Of a stretch of 64,000 bases of DNA, positions 56,905 through 64,000 are shown piece by piece; positions within the stretch are counted from its first letter, which is position 1, and the number at the start of each line of letters is the position of its first letter. The DNA is taken from contig JANNVQ010000057.1 of the NCBI GenBank assembly GCA_031414535.1, positions 64,001-128,000 on the forward strand, in the 5' to 3' direction. A program made the translations under genes and the position numbers. Origin of the DNA: Gemmatimonas sp. GTDB lineage: Bacteria; Gemmatimonadota; Gemmatimonadetes; Gemmatimonadales; Gemmatimonadaceae. The notes under the pieces are model-generated. The model was given only the letters and a program-made list of their open reading frames with translations, ran no database searches and was not told the DNA's origin.

Positions 56905-58305
56905 TCAGCGCGCCATCAGGAACTGCAGCAGATCACTGCGCGTGAGGATGCCCTGCACCGTCCCGTGATCGCGCACCAGCACCGCCGGATTGTTGCGGCC
57001 GAGCATCTTCACGGCCGCATCAGCCGCGGTGGCAGCGTCCACCACCGGGAACGGCGCATCCATCACGTCGCTCACGGTGCGCTCGAGCACCTTGGTGTCT
57101 TCGAGGCTCCGCACGCTCAGCGCTAGCTCGCTCACCGAGCCCACGCAGTTCGCGCCATCCATCACCGGGAGCTGCGACACACCGTGCAGGCTCATCAAGC
57201 CCAGCGCCTGACGCACGCTCTGCCCGGGTCCCGCGCTCACCAGCGCGGGCATCTGCGCACCCTTCGCGCCCAGCAACTGGTCCAACGTCACCTTATCGGT
57301 ATCGAGCATCTGGTTCTCACGCATCCATTCGTCGTTAAACACCTTCGAGAGGTAGCGCTCGCCCGTGTCGCAGAGCACGGTCACCACACAGGCCTCGGCG
57401 TCATTTACGCGACGCGCCACGCTCAGGGCCGCATGCGCGATGAGTCCCGCGCTGCCACCGACGAACAATCCTTCCTCGCGCGTCAGTCGCCGCGCCATCG
57501 TGAAGGCGTCGCGATCACTCACCGTGATGAAATCGTCAATCAACGACAGATCGAGCGTGCCAGGAATCTTGTCCTGGCCAATGCCCTCCACCTTGTACGG
57601 CGCGCCTTGCGGATGATTCTTTCCGCCGCTGCGCCACACTTCGGTGAGAATGGAACCAACGGGGTCTGCACCGACAATCTGAATCTTCGGATTCTTCTTC
57701 TTGAGATAGCGCCCGACGCCCGTGAGCGTGCCGCCCGTGCCAGCGCCCGCCACGAAGTGCGTAATTTTGCCCTCGGTCTGTTCCCACAGCTCGGGGCCCG
57801 TGGTCGCTTCGTGCGCCTCTGGATTAGCCTGATTGTAGAACTGGTCCGCCAACACCGCGCCCGGCGTTTCCTTCGCGATGCGCTTCGCCATGGACGTGTA
57901 GCTATCGGGATGGTCCGCCGGCACCGCGGTCGGTGTGATGATCACCTGGGCGCCGAACGCCTTCAGCAAGCGCACCTTTTCCTGCGACATCTTGTCGGGC
58001 ATCGTGAAGATGCACTTGTATCCCTTGAGCGCCGCCGCAATTGCGAGACCCACACCCGTGTTGCCGCTGGTGCCTTCCACAATTGTACCACCCGGCTTCA
58101 GCTTGCCCTCGCGCTCGAAGCGCTCAATCATCGGCTGGCCAATCCGGTCCTTCACGCTGCCGCCGGGATTGAAGAACTCCGCCTTGCCATACACCGGCGT
58201 GCGAATGCCCGCCGTCACGCGATTGAGGCGAATCAGCGGCGTCCACGCGATGGTCTCGAGGACATTCGCGTAGGGCTTGCGATGGCGGGGATGGTCGTCT
58301 GTCAT
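56905..58305 (-). CDS. cbs: Cystathionine beta-synthase (PLP-dependent, C-terminal CBS domains)
   Basis: NPGGSVKDR, TSGNTG, GTGGT and DTGERYLSK, plus a CBS pair. Confidence 0.9.
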   Translation of the reverse strand: MTDDHPRHRKPYANVLETIAWTPLIRLNRVTAGIRTPVYGKAEFFNPGGSVKDRIGQPMIERFEREGKLKPGGTIVEGTSGNTGVGLAIAAALKGYKCIFTMPDKMSQEKVRLLKAFGAQVIITPTAVPADHPDSYTSMAKRIAKETPGAVLADQFYNQANPEAHEATTGPELWEQTEGKITHFVAGAGTGGTLTGVGRYLKKKNPKIQIVGADPVGSILTEVWRSGGKNHPQGAPYKVEGIGQDKIPGTLDLSLIDDFITVSDRDAFTMARRLTREEGLFVGGSAGLIAHAALSVARRVNDAEACVVTVLCDTGERYLSKVFNDEWMRENQMLDTDKVTLDQLLGAKGAQMPALVSAGPGQSVRQALGLMSLHGVSQLPVMDGANCVGSVSELALSVRSLEDTKVLERTVSDVMDAPFPVVDAATAADAAVKMLGRNNPAVLVRDHGTVQGILTRSDLLQFLMAR

Positions 58306-58356
58306 GGGAGGGTGCCTTGGGGGGAGTCGGCGCAACTGCACGCCGATGTATCGAAT

Positions 58357-61011
58357 CTACGAGCGCCCGGAGGGCGGTGCGACTGGCGCCGAACTCTCGC
58401 CGCGCGCCGCGGCCGAAAGCTCAGCCAGCAACTGCAATGCCTGCAACGGGGTCATCTGCTCCACAGCGATCTCACGCAAGCGCTCCACCAGCGGGTCCGG
58501 AACCGCAAACAAGGCCAGTTGGTCACCGATTGGCTCGGTGGCTCGCGCCGTCCGCACCGCTCCTGCCAGAGCGGGTACCAACTGCTCGCCTTCCAACACT
58601 TTCAGCAGGGCCCGCGCCCGCGCAATCACGGGGCCAGGAAGTCCAGCCAAACGGCCGACTTCAATGCCGTATGAGCGATCCGCCCCTCCGGCACGCAAGG
58701 TATGCAAGAACAGGATGCGTTCACCGACTTCTTGAACCGCCACGTTATAGTTGCGAACTGATACGAATTCATCGGCGAGCTGCGTGAGCTCGTGATAATG
58801 CGTCGCGAAGATCGTTTTGCACCGCACCCGCTCATGCAGATGCTCGCTCACCGCCCACGCAATGGAGAGACCATCCCAAGTCGCGGTGCCGCGGCCAATC
58901 TCATCCAGCAGCACGAGACTCCGCGCCGTGGCGCTGTGGAGAATCGCGCTCGTCTCGGACATCTCCACCATAAACGTCGATTGGCCACGCACGAGATTGT
59001 CGCTTGCTCCAACGCGCGTGAACACGCGGTCGGCCACACCTACACGCGCGCGCGACGCCGCCACGTAACTGCCCATCTGCGCCATCAGCACCAGCAGGCC
59101 GACTTGGCGAAGGATCGTACTCTTACCGGCCATGTTCGGGCCGGTGAGGATGATCATCCGCGCATCGGGTGCGAGCGTGACGTCATTGGGAATGAACTGA
59201 TCGCGCGGCATCATCCGCTCCACCACCGGATGCCGGCCGCGCTCAATCTCTAGGACCGCTTCATCGTCCACCTCGGGACGCACGTACCCTTCCCGCGCCG
59301 CCACGTCAGCCAACGAGGCCAGCACATCTAGCGTCGCGACGCGCAAGGCGATGCCCTGCAGCAAGGCAATCTGCGCACCGACCTCGGCGCGCAGTTGCTC
59401 AAACACGCGCCGCTCGATGCTCTCAATCCGTTCCGTGGCGCCGAGCACCTTCTCCTCAAACGCCTTCAACGCCGGCGTGACGTAGCGCTCGGCGCCCGTC
59501 AACGTTTGCCGGCGCTGGTAGTCCGAAGGCACGGCGTCGCGATTCGCGTTGGTGACTTCGATGAAATATCCGAAGACACGATTGTAGCCCACCTTGAGCG
59601 TGTGGATGCCTGTGCGTGCGCGCTCCTCTGCCTGCAGCGCGGCGATCGCATCCTTACCGCCCGTCGCCACCGCGCGCAGGTCGTCGAGCTCAAGATCAAC
59701 GCCGGGCGTGATGGTCTCGCCATCTCCAAACCCGAGTGGGGGACGCTCCACCAGCGTGCCGTGCACGCGCGCCACGATGCTGGCACCATCGTCCCACGCG
59801 GCAACGAGCGGCGCAAGCACACCGCCGCAACCTGTGCGACGCAAAGCCGAGAGCACAGCGGGGAGTCGGGCGAGTGAATCGCCGAGTGCGCGCAGTTCAC
59901 GTGGAGTGGCGCGTTGGGCAGCGGCTTTACCGGCTAAACGCTCCACGTCACGCACGCCGTCCAGCGCGTCACGTAAGGCGGCGCGCGCCGTCCCCTCGTT
60001 CACCAGCGACTCCACGGCATCGAGCCGCGCGCCGATCGCTGCAACGTCCGTGAGCGGCGCCAGAATCCACTGACGCAATTGCCGTGCGCCCATCGGGGTC
60101 TGCGTACGATCGAGCACCGAGAGTAGGGTACCCGCCGTTTCTTCTCCGCCACGCAAGGACTCGACGAGCTCAAGATTGCGTCGCGTCATCTCATCCAGCG
60201 GCATCACGCCGCCAGGTCGCTCCGCCACCGGACGCGCCAAGTGTGGCAATCCCGACGGCTGGACCTCGCGCAGGTATCGCAAGAGCGCGCCCGCCGCACC
60301 CACCGCGGGTGCATCCGGCGCACCGATACCAAAACCCTCCAGCGAGGCCACGGCAAATTGCTGCGCCAGCGCGTCTGCCGCGCGTTCGTGATCAAACTCC
60401 CATGCGGCGCGCGCGTTCACGAGCGCGCCAAGCGGGCGCACCAGCGCGTCCACGCGATCCGCCGCGTCCCCACTCTCCACATTCGGGACCAGCACTTCCC
60501 GCGGGGCCAGGCGCGCAAGCGCCGCGTCGGCATCGCGCAGCAGCGCCGTGATGAGACGAAACTCACCGGTGGACAGATCGGCGGCGGCGATCCCCACCGC
60601 GTCGTCACGAACGACGACCGCGCAGAGAAAATTGTTGCGAGCACTGTCGAGCAAGTCGTCGCTGAACGCCGCGCCGGGTGTGATTGTCTCCACCACTTCG
60701 CGCTTGACGATTCCCCTGGCAAGTTTGGGATCTTCCACTTGCTCGCAGATTGCCACACGGAATCCCTGAGCCACGAAGCGTCGTAGGTATTCGCTTGCGG
60801 CCTTCACCGGAATACCCGCCAGCGGCACCTCGGCCGCTCCGCCATTGTTGCGCGACGTCAGCGTGAGCCCGAGCACGCGCGCGGCCACTTCGGCGTCCTC
60901 GTAGAACATCTCGTAGAAGTCGCCCATCCTGAAGAACAGGATGGCATCCGGATGCCGCGCCTTGATCTCGCGATACTGCGTCATCAGGGGCGTCTCGCCG
61001 CTGCCCTTCAT
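58357..61011 (-). CDS. mutS: DNA mismatch repair protein MutS
   Basis: FRMGDFYEMF, TGPNMAGKST, STFMVEM and DEIGRGT. Confidence 0.98.
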   Translation of the reverse strand: MKGSGETPLMTQYREIKARHPDAILFFRMGDFYEMFYEDAEVAARVLGLTLTSRNNGGAAEVPLAGIPVKAASEYLRRFVAQGFRVAICEQVEDPKLARGIVKREVVETITPGAAFSDDLLDSARNNFLCAVVVRDDAVGIAAADLSTGEFRLITALLRDADAALARLAPREVLVPNVESGDAADRVDALVRPLGALVNARAAWEFDHERAADALAQQFAVASLEGFGIGAPDAPAVGAAGALLRYLREVQPSGLPHLARPVAERPGGVMPLDEMTRRNLELVESLRGGEETAGTLLSVLDRTQTPMGARQLRQWILAPLTDVAAIGARLDAVESLVNEGTARAALRDALDGVRDVERLAGKAAAQRATPRELRALGDSLARLPAVLSALRRTGCGGVLAPLVAAWDDGASIVARVHGTLVERPPLGFGDGETITPGVDLELDDLRAVATGGKDAIAALQAEERARTGIHTLKVGYNRVFGYFIEVTNANRDAVPSDYQRRQTLTGAERYVTPALKAFEEKVLGATERIESIERRVFEQLRAEVGAQIALLQGIALRVATLDVLASLADVAAREGYVRPEVDDEAVLEIERGRHPVVERMMPRDQFIPNDVTLAPDARMIILTGPNMAGKSTILRQVGLLVLMAQMGSYVAASRARVGVADRVFTRVGASDNLVRGQSTFMVEMSETSAILHSATARSLVLLDEIGRGTATWDGLSIAWAVSEHLHERVRCKTIFATHYHELTQLADEFVSVRNYNVAVQEVGERILFLHTLRAGGADRSYGIEVGRLAGLPGPVIARARALLKVLEGEQLVPALAGAVRTARATEPIGDQLALFAVPDPLVERLREIAVEQMTPLQALQLLAELSAAARGESSAPVAPPSGRS

Positions 61012-61844
61012 CAGCGCGGAACCTGCGCGAGGAATGCATCGCCCCGTTCCTTGGTCTTGTATGCTTCCATCGCCGCAACGGCCGCACCGCGCGTGGCGTA
61101 GCGACCAAAACGCACGCGGTACGGCGCCGCGCTCCCGTCCACACGCGTCTCATAACCGCGTGCGCGGATCTCGGCGGCAAAACTTGCAGCCTCGCCCGCG
61201 GTGGGGAACGCAGCAATCTGCACGGACCACAGCATCGTGCCTGCGGGCGATGACGCTCCGCTTGGCGCGGATGCTGGAGCTGACGTCTGGGGTACTGAGG
61301 GCCGCGGAGCAGGTGTAGTCGGCGTGGGGGGGGGTGTTGTCCCCTCGGCAGCCGTGCCTGCCACCGCCGAAAGCCGGGCCCGCAGCGCCAACGCCTCGCT
61401 CCGCTCGGCCGCGTTGGGTGCCTCCACCATCAGGCGATCCACATACCGCAGGGCGGCGTCTCGGTCGCCGCGCATGGCTTCACCCTGCGCCAAGCGCAGC
61501 ATGGACGCCGACGCAAAGCGCGAGCGTTCGTGTTCAAGCATCACGCGCAGATAGTCGCGCTGCGCCTGGTCCCAGCTCTCCGCCAGCGTCGCGCGCCAAA
61601 ACAGCACCTCCGCCTCGTCCGCGGAGCGCGGTTCGGTCGTGTTCAGTAACGAGTCCACCAAGGCGCGGCCTTCAGTACCGCTGCCGTCATTCACCAAGCG
61701 TTGAGCACGTAGGAATACTTGCGCGCGCGCGGCCGCCGCACCCATTGCGGCCGCGCTATCCTGTGCACGCATCGGCTGCGCCGTCAGAAAGCTTGCAAGC
61801 GCCGCCACGAACGCCATGACCTTCAACCCCAAGCGACGCGCCAT
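61011..61844 (-). CDS. SPOR domain protein with N-terminal TPR-like region
   Basis: Signal peptide, Pro-rich linker and WSVQIAAF...YRVRFGRY. Confidence 0.8.
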   Translation of the reverse strand: MARRLGLKVMAFVAALASFLTAQPMRAQDSAAAMGAAAARAQVFLRAQRLVNDGSGTEGRALVDSLLNTTEPRSADEAEVLFWRATLAESWDQAQRDYLRVMLEHERSRFASASMLRLAQGEAMRGDRDAALRYVDRLMVEAPNAAERSEALALRARLSAVAGTAAEGTTPPPTPTTPAPRPSVPQTSAPASAPSGASSPAGTMLWSVQIAAFPTAGEAASFAAEIRARGYETRVDGSAAPYRVRFGRYATRGAAVAAMEAYKTKERGDAFLAQVPR

Positions 61845-62902
61845 CACGCGGCTCGGCGCCGCCCCGCCACTGGGGTGATGGCCAAGAGCAGGGAGGTCAC
61901 GATCTGCGCTTCGCTCGACACCTTGGTGTCCTTGAGTGCGGCATCCGCCGCGTGCAGGTGCGGTAGCGCGCGAGCCACGTCCTCCACGCTCCACTTGGGA
62001 ACCGCCTTCGCCCAACACTTCACCGCGTCACCCCAAGAGCGACCCGTGTACACAGAGCCGCCCTCCTTTAGGAGATTGAAGAACTCGCTCTCGAGCCGAC
62101 TTTGCGCGAGACCGCGATTGCGCGCGGCCACACCCCAGCCAATCGCCAACATCTGCGCGGTGAGCGCCATCACCGTCGTCACGCCGGATTGCTTTGGCTG
62201 CGAGAGCACCTCAGGCACCATCGCAATCGCGCCCATGGTATCGCGGTGTGACGCACGGTCCAGCAAGTCCGCGAGCGTGACCCCCGGGCGAACCCCAGTC
62301 ATCGCTTCTACCGCGGCTTCGGTGATGGTGGCCCCGTTCACGTAGGCGGCAAGTTTACGCAACTCGCCGGCAATCATCGGCAAATCACTGCCGGCATAGG
62401 TCGCCAGTCGCTTCGTCGCGCCCTCGTTGATCTCAACGCCGCAGTTGGTCTTCGCTTCCTTCACAATCCAGCGCAGCAAGTCCTCACCGTCCAGTAGCTC
62501 GAACTCAAACGCGCTGCCAGCTTTTGCAAGCCAAGGATCCAGCTTCGCACCGCTCGGCACCACAAGGAGAAGAATGGTCTCGTTGGCCGGTTTGGCGAGG
62601 TACTTCTCGAGGCGTTCCCGCTGCGGCTTCTTCATCGATCCCGGATCGCGGAGAATCACGAGACGGCGGTCGGCAAGCATGGGCAGGGCCTCGAGGGACG
62701 ACGAAAGGCCTGCGACTTCCACTTCGGTACCGCGCAGCACGTCCACGTTGAAGTCGCGAGTAGACGCATCCGTCGCGCGCGCGGAAACCTGGCGTACCCA
62801 CTCTTCCTTCAGGTGGTCATCCGCACCGTGGAAGACGTAGACCGGGTCGAAGCCCCCGGTTTCGAGGGCCGTCTTGAGCGGTTTGAAGCTGACGGCGGCC
62901 AT
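61844..62902 (-). CDS. holA: DNA polymerase III subunit delta
   Basis: PVYVFHGADDHL, DFNVDVL, LPMLADRRLVIL and ELRKL. Confidence 0.9.
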   Translation of the reverse strand: MAAVSFKPLKTALETGGFDPVYVFHGADDHLKEEWVRQVSARATDASTRDFNVDVLRGTEVEVAGLSSSLEALPMLADRRLVILRDPGSMKKPQRERLEKYLAKPANETILLLVVPSGAKLDPWLAKAGSAFEFELLDGEDLLRWIVKEAKTNCGVEINEGATKRLATYAGSDLPMIAGELRKLAAYVNGATITEAAVEAMTGVRPGVTLADLLDRASHRDTMGAIAMVPEVLSQPKQSGVTTVMALTAQMLAIGWGVAARNRGLAQSRLESEFFNLLKEGGSVYTGRSWGDAVKCWAKAVPKWSVEDVARALPHLHAADAALKDTKVSSEAQIVTSLLLAITPVAGRRRAA

Positions 62903-63173
62903 AGGAAGGCAATATAGCCGCCCCATCCCGAGCCGACTCCTCGAGCAGCGGCTCGTCTCGAATTCGCTCGGCGAGCACGGCGCGAAAGCCTCGGGATACG
63001 GTCAAAGGGCCGCGGTGCCGCGCGAGCAACAAACCCCGACGAAGCTTCGCATCATAGCGCTGACAGTCCCCGCATCCGTCGGCGTGCGAACGCATTGCCA
63101 GTGCCAGGCCGCCGGGCAGTGAGCCGTCCAACCAGGCAAGATGTTGGCTGCGAAAGAGCGAGCAATTGGGCAT
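62817..63173 (-). CDS. zf-HC2 anti-sigma factor
   Basis: C...WLDG...HADGCGDC (HxxxCxxC), downstream of the ECF sigma. The 3' end overlaps the holA start. Confidence 0.7.
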   Translation of the reverse strand: MPNCSLFRSQHLAWLDGSLPGGLALAMRSHADGCGDCQRYDAKLRRGLLLARHRGPLTVSRGFRAVLAERIRDEPLLEESARDGAAILPSYGRRQLQTAQDGPRNRGLRPGLRLPRCG

Positions 63174-63285
63174 TGGCGGGGGCCGAAGGCAGAAGCGGAA
63201 ATGACGAAGCGCCCTCCGATACCCTGGAGGACGCCCCGCGTTCCGACACTCGTTGGCCTTCGGAGGTCCCACCCCCCTTCCGTGC

Positions 63286-63924
63286 CTACTGCAGTGCCGG
63301 GCCGATGATTTCGGCGAAGCTGGCCCGCGCCCGGTTCAAGCGCGACTTCACGGTGCCGAGGTTGCAACGCGTGATTTCCGCAATCTCCTCGTACGACCGT
63401 CCCTCAAGTTCGCGCAGGACAAAGACTTCCCTGTGGTGCTCGGGCAGCTTCGCGACGGTCGCCTCGACGAGTTCCTGCACGTGACGCTTCTTGAAGAGCT
63501 CGTCCGGCTGCATCGAGGTGTCCTCAAACTCGAGCGGACGCTCGTCGTCGTCCCAGCCCTGTGTCATCGTCTGGAAGAGCACGAGCGGGTTGCGCGAGCG
63601 GTTTCGGAGCTCGTTCTTGGCCAGATTCGACGCGATGGTATAAATCCAGGTCGAAAACTTCTTGGCGCCGTCAAAGCGGGCCATATGACGATGGACTCGG
63701 ATGAACGCTTCCTGAACGAGATCTTCCGACCGCTCGCGGTCACCGACCGTACGGTAGATGAAGTTCAGGAGTCGGTTCTGGTAGCGATCCACCAGTACAT
63801 CGAAGGCGCGGCTCTGACCATGCAAGTAAGCAGACACCAATGCGCCATCATCGAGCTTTTTGAGCTCAACTAGCGATGTATAGCCAATTGGCAGTGTGTT
63901 CAGCTTCAGCGCTACGCTTCCCAT
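63286..63924 (-). CDS. ECF sigma-70 factor (RpoE-like)
   Basis: EDLVQEAFI, FSTWIYTIA and SYEEIAE...GTVKSRLNRAR. Confidence 0.93.
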   Translation of the reverse strand: MGSVALKLNTLPIGYTSLVELKKLDDGALVSAYLHGQSRAFDVLVDRYQNRLLNFIYRTVGDRERSEDLVQEAFIRVHRHMARFDGAKKFSTWIYTIASNLAKNELRNRSRNPLVLFQTMTQGWDDDERPLEFEDTSMQPDELFKKRHVQELVEATVAKLPEHHREVFVLRELEGRSYEEIAEITRCNLGTVKSRLNRARASFAEIIGPALQ

Positions 63925-64000
63925 ATAGTCCTCTCGAAGAGAGTTCGGTGGGTGATTCCCCGCCGATAGGGAGTGCAGGGGTCGTGCCAGACCCCAGCTG

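Noticed and set aside
57184..58674. Long antisense ORFs (e.g. 57184-58674, 44735-46006, 48979-50148, 26026-27045)
   Set aside because: These are shadow frames of well-supported genes on the opposite strand in high-GC DNA, with no recognisable motifs.

Overview
GC-rich bacterial window. Gene content suggests a Gemmatimonadota-like genome (inference). Most of it is housekeeping or accessory chromosome: tkt, tldD/E-like pair, amtB-glnK, tRNA-Phe, M16/M28 peptidases, pheA, queF, ddl, cystathionine beta-synthase, mutS, holA, two ECF sigma/anti-sigma pairs and a c-di-GMP operon. The standout is a ~16.7 kb island (~7.8-24.5 kb) built around one full-length Rhs/YD-repeat polymorphic toxin with a predicted signal peptide (12724-17985, minus strand). 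Seven orphan C-terminal toxin/immunity cassettes surround it, each starting at the same codon of a ~96 bp repeat encoding [S/F]T[Q/H]LDPIG...DP[F/Y]G. Three cassettes lie downstream in the same orientation as rhs and four lie upstream in inverted orientation, so all point away from the core. A complete tyrosine recombinase closes the island, and toxin-antitoxin-like pairs sit among the cassettes. This architecture predicts a shufflon-like, lossless Rhs warhead switch: inverting the ~4.9 kb promoter-plus-core segment would fuse the core to a different toxin domain (M23 and M15 peptidases, an HExxH protease, an RNase-like domain, a membrane-active domain, and unknowns). The switching mechanism is inferred, not demonstrated.
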